In this document: positions 10,175 to 19,749 of the stretch, one piece after another
Layout: every line of letters starts with the position of its first letter
Position numbering within the stretch: the first letter of the stretch is position 1
Assembly: GCA_016704445.1 (NCBI GenBank)
Contig: JADJAE010000151.1
Location: 26,099-90,098 of the forward strand
Reading direction: 5' to 3'
Source: Deltaproteobacteria bacterium
GTDB lineage: Bacteria > Myxococcota_A > Polyangia > Polyangiales > Ga0077539
DNA length: 64,000 nucleotides
Program-made: the position numbers and the translations under genes
Notes under the pieces: model-generated
Seen by the model: only the letters and a program-made list of their open reading frames with translations
Databases searched by the model: none
Told to the model about the DNA's origin: nothing

Positions 10175-10869
10175 ATGAAGACTCTCGCGTTCGCCTTCGC
10201 GCTTTCCACCCTCGCCCTCGCCGGATGCGGCGACAGCGGCACCACCGGGGTGACGCCGGCGCCCGCGACGGTACGGATGCAGGCACGGTCGCGGCGGCGG
10301 ACACGGGCGTCGTCGCGACTCCCGACGCTGGCGTGACCCCCCCGGCCGAGACCTACCCCGCGGGCCCCTACGGCTCTCGCGTGGGCGCCCTCTTCCGCCC
10401 CTTCACCCTGACCGCGTGCAACCGCGAGGGCGCTGAGGCCCAGTGGAGCTTCGACGGCCCCGACTTCTTCACCAGCCAGCTCACGCTGATCTCCATCTCC
10501 GCCGCGTGGTGCGTCCCCTGCCAGCGCGAGTCGGCCCAGATGGAGGCCGAGCTCGTGAGGCGCTACGCCGGCCAGGGAGTGCGCATCGTGCAGCTCCTGG
10601 TGCAGAACGTCGACCGCTCGGCCATCTCCGCGTCCACCTGCCGCGCCTGGGCCACGCGCTACGGCCTGAGCTTCCCCGAGCTGATGGACCCGATGTTCAT
10701 CACCCAGCCCTTCGTGCCCAACACGGCCTTCCCGGGCAACATCATCGTCGACCGCTGCGGCCGCATCCGCTGGCGTGAGTACGGCAGCGAGAACGGCCTC
10801 ACCTCGATGCGCACCGCCATCGACGAAGTGCTCGCAGATCCGCGCTACCCGGCCTGCCCGACCGAGTAA
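10175..10869 (+). CDS. TlpA/redoxin-family thiol-disulfide oxidoreductase lipoprotein with a broken frame near 10245-10255
   Basis: The signal peptide and lipobox (MKTLAFAFALSTLALAGCGDSGTTG) lie in frame 2, preceded by GAGGAG. The thioredoxin fold with AAWCVPCQRE lies in ORF 10225..10869 (frame 1). The junction is at a 'cggggt' G-run. Confidence 0.75.
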
Positions 10870-10884
10870 TCTCCGCGCACCACC

Positions 10885-12912
10885 GTGCGTCCTCGCTCCG
10901 CCGCCCTCGCGCTCCTCTCCGTCACGCTCACCGCCACGCTCCCGAGCACGGCCCTCGCCCAGGGGCTCGTCGCGCGTCTGCCTGGCCTGGGCCCGACGGC
11001 GTTCACGATCACCAACACCAGCCTGCTGCGGTACCGCGGGTCGAACTTCGACCTCAACGTGCACGACGACCGCTTCGGGTCGTTCACCGAGCGCCTCGAC
11101 ATCGCGGCCACGTCCGCGCCGTGGCGGCTGTACCTCCGCGTCGACGGCTTCTCGCCCTTCGGCCACGACACCTCCTGCACCGAGGAGGAGGTCTCGCTCT
11201 GCTACCTCCGCTCCAACTACCGCCCGGGCAGCTCGGACAGCACCCGCTTCGCGGCCTCCGATCGCTTCCTCCTGCGCTCGCTCCCGGAGCGCCTCTCGCC
11301 GATGCCCGAGCGCCTCTCGCTGCGCTACCAGCGAGGGGACATCACCGCCGAGGTCGGGGACTTCTACCAGGTCTTCGGCCGCGGCCTCTCGCTGGCCTTC
11401 CGCAAGGTCGACCCCATCGGGCTCGACACCACCCTGCGCGGCGGACGCCTGGAGATCGACCGGGGGAGGCTCACCGCTCGCGCCTTCGCGGGCTACAGCA
11501 ACCCGCAGAACCTCGACCCCATCTCCCTCTCCATCTTCGATGATCCGTCCGACCTGCTCGCCGGGGGATCGGTCTCCGCCAGGGTCGGCGCCGACGAGGA
11601 CATCGAGCTCTCGGGCCACGTGGTGCACACCAGCTTCGAGCTCCTCGCCGACCAGCGTCGCCAGGACGACGTCGACATCGGTGGGTGGCGCGTGGAGCTG
11701 CCCTCGCTCCTCGACGGCGCCCTCTCTCTCTACGGCGAGATGAACATCCTGCGCCGCGCCTCTCGCACCGGCCGCGCTTCGCAGGACGACAGCCTCCCCC
11801 CGTCGCGCACCACCAACGGCCGCGGCATCTACGTGGCCGCGCAGCTCAACCGCGGTCGCTTCACCGTGCTGGCCGAGTGGAAGGACTACACCCACTACCT
11901 GCTGGCGCCGACGGAGGCGTCCAACAGCGCGCCGCGCGACGTGGCGAGGGTGTACAGCTCCGCCCCCTCGCTGGAGCGCGACGACCAGCGCATCTTCACC
12001 AACGCCAACACCCGCGGGGGAAGGGTGCGCGTGGACTACACCGTCGCCCCGTCGCCGTGGATCTTCACCCTCAACTCGGTGATGTACGGCTGGGCCGAGA
12101 CCGCGGACAGCCTTGGCAACGAGCTCGACCCGTGGGACCCGTCGCACGGGCTCATCACCTCGCACACCTACTTCGCGGTGCGCCGTCGATCGCGCCCGGT
12201 GGCCCGGCCCTCGGCGACGCCGTCGGCGGGTGATCCCAGCGCGCCCGCGAGGGGAGGCGGGGCACCGGCCGCGGGGGGGAGCGCGGGGGGCGTGGTGCCG
12301 GGCGCGGCGGGCCTCGGGGGGGCGAGCGTGACGCGCGTGGCGCGAGGGGACTTCAACCTGGTCGCGAGCGTGGGGTATCGCCGGGAGTTCTACGCGGGCT
12401 CCGATCGGGCGTCGGGCGCGCTGCCGCCGCAGTGGCAGGCGGGCGACCTGAAGCACGAGAGCCTCCAGGCGGACTTCGACATCGCGCTGCCGGTGGGCGC
12501 CAACGACTCCATCGAGCTGCGGGTCGACCACCGCTTCGAGCGCAACTACACCGCCGACCGGCTCACGGGCTTCAACCTCGACCAGCTCACCACGGGCGCC
12601 CGAGGGGGCGTCGCGCTGTCGTGGTCGCACGGGCTTCCGCTGGTGGTGAGCGCGTCGCTGCGCTGGGACAACACCACGCGCCCCATCGGGCAGCGCGGCC
12701 TCGGCGATCAGCCGCTGGGCCTGGTGAGCACCGGGCTCCCGCTGCTGCCGGTGCTCTTCCCCTCGATGGAGGTTCGCTGGAACTTCACCCTCAGCAACTT
12801 CATCCGGGTCTTCGGCGGCATGACCCCGGGAGGCCGGGTGTGCTCCGGGGGTGTGTGCCGGGACGTCCCGCTTTTTCAGGGCGCGGTGGCGGAGCTGGTG
12901 CTGAGAATCTGA
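10885..12912 (+). CDS. Outer-membrane beta-barrel-like protein, function unknown
   Basis: 675 aa. Signal peptide MRPRSAALALLSVTLTATLPSTALAQG. Alternating amphipathic strands continue to the C-terminus (...GAVAELVLRI). Confidence 0.6.
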   Translation: MRPRSAALALLSVTLTATLPSTALAQGLVARLPGLGPTAFTITNTSLLRYRGSNFDLNVHDDRFGSFTERLDIAATSAPWRLYLRVDGFSPFGHDTSCTEEEVSLCYLRSNYRPGSSDSTRFAASDRFLLRSLPERLSPMPERLSLRYQRGDITAEVGDFYQVFGRGLSLAFRKVDPIGLDTTLRGGRLEIDRGRLTARAFAGYSNPQNLDPISLSIFDDPSDLLAGGSVSARVGADEDIELSGHVVHTSFELLADQRRQDDVDIGGWRVELPSLLDGALSLYGEMNILRRASRTGRASQDDSLPPSRTTNGRGIYVAAQLNRGRFTVLAEWKDYTHYLLAPTEASNSAPRDVARVYSSAPSLERDDQRIFTNANTRGGRVRVDYTVAPSPWIFTLNSVMYGWAETADSLGNELDPWDPSHGLITSHTYFAVRRRSRPVARPSATPSAGDPSAPARGGGAPAAGGSAGGVVPGAAGLGGASVTRVARGDFNLVASVGYRREFYAGSDRASGALPPQWQAGDLKHESLQADFDIALPVGANDSIELRVDHRFERNYTADRLTGFNLDQLTTGARGGVALSWSHGLPLVVSASLRWDNTTRPIGQRGLGDQPLGLVSTGLPLLPVLFPSMEVRWNFTLSNFIRVFGGMTPGGRVCSGGVCRDVPLFQGAVAELVLRI

Positions 12913-12934
12913 GCGGGAGAAGCGAAGAGGGTCG

Positions 12935-13483
12935 ATGAGTCACAAGCACGAGAGCGATCACAAGCACGACCACAAGCACGGCCTCGACGACGAGGACATC
13001 GAGGCGCTGGACGGGTCCATCTTCGGGGAGGGTCAGCCCTGCTTCGGGTGCTCGCCGAGCAACCCCGTGGGCATGAAGCTCAAGCCCGTGCGGGTGGGCC
13101 GAGAGGTGACCGTGAGGTACACCGCTCCGCCGGAATTCCAGGGCCCCGCGGGGGTGATGCACGGCGGCCTCGTGACCACGCTGGCCGATGAGCTCGCGGG
13201 CTGGGTGGTCATCGGGGTGCGCAAGCAGTTCGGGTTCACCGGGGCCATCGAGGCGCGGCTGCTGAAGCCCGTGCGCATCGGCGTCGAGGTGCTGGGGCAC
13301 GCGAAGATCGTGAGCGAGAACTCACGGATGCTGAAGATCGACGTGCGCCTCCACCAGTCGGGCGAGGAGGTGTTCCGGGGGATGTTCTCCTTCGTGATCC
13401 TCGACGAGGCCGGCACCGAGCGGGTCATGGGGATGCAGCTCCCGGAGGCGTGGAAGCGCTTCGCCCGGCCGAAGGTGGTGTGA
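12935..13483 (+). CDS. PaaI/hotdog-fold thioesterase
   Basis: 182 aa. GVMHGGLVTTLADELAG is the typical PaaI-family core. His/Lys-rich N-terminus. Confidence 0.7.
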   Translation: MSHKHESDHKHDHKHGLDDEDIEALDGSIFGEGQPCFGCSPSNPVGMKLKPVRVGREVTVRYTAPPEFQGPAGVMHGGLVTTLADELAGWVVIGVRKQFGFTGAIEARLLKPVRIGVEVLGHAKIVSENSRMLKIDVRLHQSGEEVFRGMFSFVILDEAGTERVMGMQLPEAWKRFARPKVV

Positions 13484-13584
13484 GCGGTCGGAGCGCACGC
13501 GCCGCCCGATCGAAGGGCCCGAAGGCGCTACGCTGTAGGGGAGATAAAGGGCCGTCGAGCGCTCGTCGCCCCTTCACAGCACCC

Positions 13585-14877
13585 ATGAGCACGCCCTCCA
13601 CCCCATCGCTCTCCCACGCCGACGCCGCGCGCCTGTGGATGAGCTCGCGGGACAACCCCATGGTGGTCACCGCGGTGCTGCCCCTCGACGCACCGCTCGA
13701 CCTCGCCACGCTGCGCGCCCTCCTCGACGAGCGCCTCGCCGTGCGCGCCCGCTTCCGCGCCCTCATCGACCTCCCGCGCCTCCCCTGGAACCGCCCCCAT
13801 TGGCGGGAAGACCCCGCCTTCTCCATCGAGCGCCACGTGGAGCGCATCGCCCTCCCGCCCGACTCCACCGAGGCCGACCTCGCGCGCGCGGTGTCCGAGC
13901 TCGCCAGCCTCCCGATCTCCCTCGATCGCCCCGCCTGGCGCGCCTGGATCATCGATGGCGCCGGTCCCGCCTCGGTGCTCGTGGTGAGGGTTCACCACGC
14001 CATCGCCGACGGCATGGCCCTGCTGGGCGTCCTCTTCTCGGTGAGCGACGAGGGCTTCGGGACGCGGCCCCCAGGCGCATCCCCGCTGCCTCCGCGACCG
14101 AGGGCCTCGCTGCCCCCGGCGTCCGAGCTCCTCCGCGGCGCCGCGACCCTGGCCCACCTGCTGGCGCAGCGCGCCGACACCTCCGGGCTCCTCTCGGGAA
14201 GCCCCGGCCCTCGCAAGCTGGTGGCGTGGTCCCGCCCGGTCGCCCTGGAGCCCGTGCGCCGCGCCGCGCACGCCGCCGACGCGCACGTCAACGACGTGAT
14301 CCTCGCGGCCCTCGCGGGTGCCCTGCGGAGCGCCCTCGGCCCCGGTCGGGCGCGCCGCACGAGGGGCGTCCACGCGCTGGTGCCGGTCGCCCTCGCGCAC
14401 GCCCCTGGCGACCTGGGCAACCAGTTCGCATCGGTCTTCGTCGAGCTCCCGCTGCACGCCGACTCCCCGGTGGAGCGGCTCTCCCGGGTGCGCGAGTCCG
14501 CCCGCCGCGCTCGCGAGGCCGCCGGGCTCTCCCTCGGCCGCACCCTCGTCGACCTCCTCGGAACCCTCGGCGGCGTCGCCCACCAGGCCGGCGTCCGGCT
14601 GCTCTCCCGCAAGGCCTCCCTCGTCGCCAGCAACGTCCCTGGTCCTCCGGTGCCGCTGCACCTGGGCGGTCGCGCGATCACCGCGCTGCGCGTCGCCGCT
14701 CCGTCTCCGGGCTCCATCGCCCTCTCCGCCAGCGTGGCCAGCTACGCGGGCGAGCTCTCGCTGACCCTCCTCGCCGACGCGCACCTCCGCGTCCCTCCCG
14801 ACGTCCTGGCGAGCCTCTTCGTCGACGAGCTCGACGGCCTCGTCTCACTCCTCGCACCCGAACAGGAACCCTCCTGA
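13585..14877 (+). CDS. Wax ester synthase / diacylglycerol acyltransferase (WS/DGAT)
   Basis: ORF 13450..14877, trimmed to MSTPSTPSL. Catalytic motif HHAIADG. The downstream half shows the SNVPGP motif (VASNVPGPPVPL). Confidence 0.8.
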   Translation: MSTPSTPSLSHADAARLWMSSRDNPMVVTAVLPLDAPLDLATLRALLDERLAVRARFRALIDLPRLPWNRPHWREDPAFSIERHVERIALPPDSTEADLARAVSELASLPISLDRPAWRAWIIDGAGPASVLVVRVHHAIADGMALLGVLFSVSDEGFGTRPPGASPLPPRPRASLPPASELLRGAATLAHLLAQRADTSGLLSGSPGPRKLVAWSRPVALEPVRRAAHAADAHVNDVILAALAGALRSALGPGRARRTRGVHALVPVALAHAPGDLGNQFASVFVELPLHADSPVERLSRVRESARRAREAAGLSLGRTLVDLLGTLGGVAHQAGVRLLSRKASLVASNVPGPPVPLHLGGRAITALRVAAPSPGSIALSASVASYAGELSLTLLADAHLRVPPDVLASLFVDELDGLVSLLAPEQEPS

Positions 14878-15763
14878 TGGCCTCACGACTCCTCCCCGCA
14901 GCCGACCGCCTCGCGCGGCTCTCGCTCCGGGCGCGCGGCCTCGCGAGCAGCACCGTGCGGGTGCGAGGCCTCGACCTCCACGTCTACGAGGGCGCGGGGC
15001 GCGGCCGGCTCCCCACCGTCGTGATGCTCCACGGCCTCGGGGCGGGCGGCGCGTCCTTCGGCCCGATGGTCACGGCGCTGCGGCCCCATGTGCGGAGGGT
15101 GATACTCCCCGAGCTGCCGGGGCACGGCTTCAGCGCGCACCCGGAGGACGGCGGAGACATCACGGCCGACCTCCTCCTCGACGCCATCTCCGACGCGCTC
15201 GACGGCATGCTCGACGAGCCCACGATCGTGCTCGGCAACTCCCTGGGCGGCGCCGTCGCCCTCGGCTACGCGCTGCGCCGACCGGAGCGGGTGCGCGGCC
15301 TGATGCTGGTCTCCCCCGCCGGGGCGAAGATGGAGGCGGACGAGTGGCGCGAGCTGGTCTCGGCCTTCGACCTCACCACGACCGCCGAGGCGAGGCGCTT
15401 CCTCGAGCGCGTGTACCACCGGCCGCCGTGGTTCCTGGCGCTCTTCGCCCATGAGTTTCCCGACGTGCTGAAGAAGCCCGCGGTGCGGCAGATTCTCGCC
15501 AGCGTCACGCCCGAGCACTCGCCCACGCCCGACGAGCTCGCGCGCTGTCGATGCCCATCCTGCTGCTGTGGGGGCGCTCCGAGCGGCTGCTGCCCGCCTC
15601 GGCGCTGGCGTGGTTTCGCCAGCACCTGCCGCCGCAGACCGTCATCGAGGAGCCCGCGGGCTTCGGCCACGCCCCGCAGATGGAGCAGCCCGAGCGCCTC
15701 GCCGCGCGCGTCGTGGCCTTCGCCAGGGAGTGCGTCGGGTCGGGCGGGGTCTCGACGCGGTAG
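14877..15763 (+). CDS. Alpha/beta hydrolase with a broken frame near 15540-15546
   Basis: The ATG overlaps the WS/DGAT stop (TGATG). VVMLHGLGAGG and the nucleophile elbow GNSLGG lie in frame 0. The C-terminus (MPILLLWGRSERLLP...GFGHAPQMEQPE) lies in ORF 15551..15763. Restoring one C in 'gcgcgctg' gives DELARLSMPILLLWG. Confidence 0.8.
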
Positions 15764-15794
15764 CGACGGGCCTTGACTTCACCTCCGCCTCCAC

Positions 15795-17811
15795 GTGCAG
15801 GCTGCGCTCGTGAAGCTCAGCCGCGACAGGTCCTTCGTGGGGGCGCTCGCGCTCTCGGTGCTGGCGGCGGTGCTCGTTCTCGGCCCGTCGATCTACAACG
15901 GCTTCGCGTGGGATGACCGCTGGCTCATCGTCGAGAACCCCAACATCCAGCAGCCCGGGCGGCTCGGCCTGGCCCTCCGGTCGGCCTTCTGGGACATCCC
16001 CAGTCGCCCGGTGACGGCGAGCGCCTGGATCTACTACCGGCCCTTCATCACCCTCGTCTACGCGGGGCTCTGGCGCATCTTCGGCCCACAGGCGTGGGGC
16101 TACCACGCGCTCAACCTCCTGGCCCACCTCGGCTGCGTCGTGCTCGCCGGACGCTGGCTGCGGGATCGCTTCGCCCCTCGCGACGACCTCGGCTGGTGGG
16201 CGGCCTTGGGCGTGGTGGTGATGCTCTTCGCCGTTCACGCCTCTCGCGTCGAGACCGTGGTCTGGGTCGCGGGATGCACGGACATCTGGATGACCCTCTG
16301 GCTGCTCCTGGCCTGCGCGCTCTGGTCACGAGGCCACTCCATCCTCGCGGCCATCCCGGCGGTGCTCGCGGCGCTCAGCAAGGAGGTGGCCTTCGCCCTG
16401 CCGGTGCTCCTCGCGCTCGACCTCGCCCTGGGAGTCAGCCCGCCCGAGGCGGAGACGCGCCGGACCCGGTGGCGCGGCGTGGCCATCCTCGCGGGCGCCC
16501 TCTTCGTTGCGCTCGTCGTGCGCCTCGTCCTGGTGCCTCCCTCTGCCTTCGCGGCCGGATCGGCCATGGAGGGCGGGGTCGTCCGGAGGGTGCTCTCGAC
16601 CCTCGGCGGGTACCTATCCAGGGCCATCTGGCCGTGGCCCGACGCCGTGGTGTTTCGTCCCGACCGCTACCTCGGGGGCGCCTGGTGGACCATCGGCCTC
16701 CTCGGCCTCCTCGGCCTAGGAGCCCTCGCATGGAGGAGTCGACGGTCTCCGACTGCCCGGGGCGCCCTCGCTGATGTTGTGTGGTTCGCGCTGCCTCTGG
16801 CGACTGGCGAGCCTCGGGCCGCGGTCGGCTCGCGTCGTGGCGGCGGTGCTGTCGCTCCTCGTGGTGGCGCACGGCGCTTCGGTGAGGGGAATGGTGCCGA
16901 CGTGGCGTAACGACGAGGCCCTCTGGCGCCGCGCGCACCAGCTCGACCGGGACGATCTGTTCGTCTGCAAGCAGCTCGTGGTCGCGGAGACCGAGGCCCG
17001 CCCCGCCGCCGCCGAGGCCCTGGCCGCGGGGTGTTCGCGCGACGCCTCCCGGAAGGGATCGCACCAGGAGGCGCTGCTCCTCGGTCTCCGGGCGCTCGGA
17101 GTCAGGCTTCGGCAGGTGCCCGAGGGCGATCGCGAGAGCCTCGTCGCCTTCCGCGAGACCTACCTCTCGATCGAGGCCGGTCGGGTCGCGCAGGCCGAGG
17201 TCGGGGGCCTTCGCCTCACCCTTCGCCCCGGTGCGCGCGCCCAGCGACCGTGGCGCGAGGACCCGGGCCTGCTCGAAGGCCCGCTGGCGCTCGTGACCTT
17301 CCGACTCGGTCTCGAGGACGAGGCAGAAGGGCGCTTCCGGAGGGTGCTCGCCTCCCACCCGAACGACATCTCGACCCTGATGAACCTCGCCGTGCTCCTC
17401 GGTCGGAGAGCGCGCTGGGACGAGGCGCTCGCCCTCGTCGGGAGGGTCCGCTCGCTGGCCCCCAACGCCCCGGGGCGATCGCGACTCGAGCGGATCCTGC
17501 GGTCCGGCGCGAGCCTCCCGACGGAGCCCGACCCGGACCGTCGGGCGCTCGGGCTCGCGACCGTGATGCTGGAGCTTGGCGCGCCCGGGCGTGCCTTCGA
17601 GGTCCTCCAGCGCTTCGGTGACGCGGCGCCTCCGCCGGTGGTGCTCCTTCGAGCCCGCGCCCTGGTGGCGCAGGGGAGGGTGGGCGAAGCGGTCGCGCTC
17701 GTCGAGGCGGCGAAGGAGCGAGACCCTGAGCATCGGAGGCAGTGGGAGGGCGTACTCGGGCAGCTGCGGGCCCTCCCCGCGCGCCGTGGCGCCCCGGGTG
17801 ACAGCCGCTAG
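15795..17811 (+). CDS. TMTC-like polytopic membrane protein fused to TPR repeats, with a broken frame near 16795-16830
   Basis: ORF 15795..16910 holds the membrane domain (NGFAWDDRWLIVENP, many TMs). ORF 16774..17811 continues with another TM, WRNDEALWRRA and TPR-like repeats. The two halves abut in different frames. Confidence 0.65.
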
Positions 17812-17882
17812 CGCGGCGAGCTGACGGGGTCGGGACGCTCGGCGAGGCGACGAGCACGATCGTCGCGATAGACTCCCGCGCC

Positions 17883-18944
17883 GTGATCGTCGCCCGCCTG
17901 CTCCTCGCGCTCGCGCTCGCGGGCTGCGCCAACGCTCCCGCTCCTGCGCCGCAGACGGCGACCGCCAGGCACCGCCGCCGTCGCCGTCGACGCCCGCCTC
18001 CCTCGTCGGCGCTGTGCGACGCCCTGCGCGCGGAGTCGCAGGCCACCGTCGCCCGGGCGCTGGGGAGGCGATCGGCGGCGACCTGGCCGGTGCTGGCCTC
18101 GCTGGACTGGTGCTCGCCGACGCCGGGCGGCGGGGCCTGGGCGCTGCGCGTCGATGCGCTCTCGGTGGAGCGGGACCCCGACACCCGCGCGGAGCTTCTC
18201 CAGGGGACCTTCTCGCTGGTGCACTCGACCCCGTCGGGAGAGCGCAGCTCGGCGCGACCCTGGAGCGAGGGGATCACCGGGCCGGAGGGCAACCTGGTGT
18301 GCGCGGTGGGGGACGAGTGCGTGGCGATCGAGGCCCCGTCGCTCTTCGACCACGACGGCGATGGGGAGCCCGAGGTGTTCGTCCGGGTGACGACCGAGCG
18401 GCGCGGCGGCCCCAGCACCTTCCACGGGCGGGTGTGGACCTTCCGCGACGGCGCGGTGGACGTCTACGCCCCGTCGCGGGAGTGGATGGTCGCCGCGGTG
18501 CGCGACGTCGATGGCGACGGACGCCCCGACCTGCTCACGCATGGGCACTACGTGACCGAGGCGCCGGGTCCGTGCGGGGAGGCGCCGCACGCGGCGGTGG
18601 GTCCGCTGCTGGCCGCGCACGGGCTGCCCGACGGGCGCTTCAGCCTGACGGACGAGGCCGCGAGGCGCGCCGACCGGGAGCGCTGCCCCGCGGCGACGGC
18701 CGACCCTGCGGGCGTGGTGGTGACGACGCCCGGGGGCAGGGTCGACGTGGCGGCGACCTTCGAGCGGGTGGTGTGCGCCCGGCTGTGGGGCGCGAGCGCG
18801 GCGGCGGTGAGCGAGCGGGTGAGGGCGAGCGCGAGGGCGCTACGGGCGGGAGGGAGGCGCTGCGCGGCGAGGGCGCCGAGCGACGTCGACGTGCTGCTGG
18901 AGTGGGCGCAGCAGACGCCGCCGGTGGATTTGCGCGGGGAGTGA
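17883..18944 (+). CDS. Lipoprotein with FG-GAP/VCBS-like Asp-Gly motifs
   Basis: GTG start. Lipobox LLLALALAGC. DHDGDGEPE and DVDGDGRPD motifs. Confidence 0.6.
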   Translation: MIVARLLLALALAGCANAPAPAPQTATARHRRRRRRRPPPSSALCDALRAESQATVARALGRRSAATWPVLASLDWCSPTPGGGAWALRVDALSVERDPDTRAELLQGTFSLVHSTPSGERSSARPWSEGITGPEGNLVCAVGDECVAIEAPSLFDHDGDGEPEVFVRVTTERRGGPSTFHGRVWTFRDGAVDVYAPSREWMVAAVRDVDGDGRPDLLTHGHYVTEAPGPCGEAPHAAVGPLLAAHGLPDGRFSLTDEAARRADRERCPAATADPAGVVVTTPGGRVDVAATFERVVCARLWGASAAAVSERVRASARALRAGGRRCAARAPSDVDVLLEWAQQTPPVDLRGE

Positions 18945-18951
18945 GGAAGGG

Positions 18952-19077
18952 GAGCGGGCGCGACGTCGTCGGTCGTCGGCCTCGCCCGGAGGGGAGCGCC
19001 CGCTACGTCGTCGGTCGTCGGCCTCGCCCGGAGGGAGCGCCCGCTACGTCGTCGGTCGTCGGCCTCGCCCGGGGGGG
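18952..19077. repeat. Three tandem copies of a 41-42-bp REP-like unit
   Basis: The unit gagcgcccgctacgtcgtcggtcgtcggcctcgcccggagg occurs at 18952-18993, 18994-19034 and from 19035. It contains CTAC, the complement of GTAG. Confidence 0.9.
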
Positions 19078-19582
19078 CGACCGATGATTCCTGGGGTGAC
19101 GCTACGCTCGATCGCGCGCTGGAGTTGGGCTGAAGTGTGGATCGTGCGGAAGTATCCACCCTCCGACCAGAATCTCGCGGACGAATCACGAAGCTCGCAG
19201 CGGCACTCAGGAGTCGAGCACTGTCGTCTCGTAACTCTTGGAGGATGGTGACCCCCAGCGTCGGAGCCCCCACGACGGCGTGAAAGTGGGACGAGACCGC
19301 CGCCGCAGCGTGGAGAGTCCATCCCCTGGATCGCGAGGTGCTCGCGATGGAGTCGAGGATCACCGCAATCATCGGCTCGGTGAGGGCGATGCTCGGGTCT
19401 CGCTGGAGTTCGCGTGAGACCGCACGGAGCGCCTCGACCCCTGGACGCGGGACGCTCGTGGTGCCGTCGCCCTCGCAAGGATCGACGCAGCGCCGCGCCG
19501 GGTCACCGGGAAGCCAGGAACCATAGGTGTGGAGAATGATGTGATACGCGAGGGGAAACGAACGAATGACGGTTGGTGCCAT
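19044..19582 (-). mobile_element. IS200-like Y1/HUH transposase domain protein (RAYT-like), probably frameshifted
   Basis: The N-terminus from the ATG at 19582 reads MAPTVIRSFPLAYHIILHTYGSWLPGD...LHAAAAVSSHFHAVVG (HUH-like HFH). The C-terminal motif RFWSEGGYFRTIHTSAQLQRAIE lies in a second frame (ORF 19044..19478). The junction is near 19160-19180. The 3' end is uncertain and runs into the repeats. Confidence 0.6.
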
Positions 19583-19623
19583 GTTCGGACATCGACGGGT
19601 TCCTCATGGGGGTTGCGTCCATG

Positions 19624-19714
19624 ACTGACGACGACCGATGACGTAGCGCTCGCTCCCCTACGGGCGAGGCCGACGACCGGGCGAGGCCGACGACCGATGA
19701 CGTAGCGGTCGCTC
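19624..19714. repeat. Inverted copies of the 41-42-bp REP-like unit
   Basis: ...gacgaccgatgacGTAGcgctcgctcc... and gggcgaggccgacgaccgatgacGTAGcggtcgctc are reverse complements of the 18952-19077 units, plus one partial copy. Confidence 0.85.
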
Positions 19715-19749
19715 TGGTCCGTCTCCTTCTGCGGACCAATGGACGTCGT

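Noticed and set aside
9991-12630. 879-aa minus-strand ORF antisense to the redoxin and beta-barrel genes
   Set aside because: It is the same off-frame, high-GC artefact (RRR/GGG/PPP-rich). The plus-strand frames have signal peptides, a lipobox and a WCVPC motif.
13635-15776. 713-aa plus-strand ORF
   Set aside because: It is a chimera. Its first about 410 aa are an off-frame reading of the WS/DGAT gene (Pro/Arg-rich). Only the part from the ATG at 14877 is the real alpha/beta hydrolase, and its last about 75 aa are again off-frame after the indel near 15543.
18952-19077. Possible CRISPR array (regular 41-42-bp repeats)
   Set aside because: The units abut directly with no unique spacers. Inverted copies lie on the other side of a transposase gene. 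No cas genes are present.
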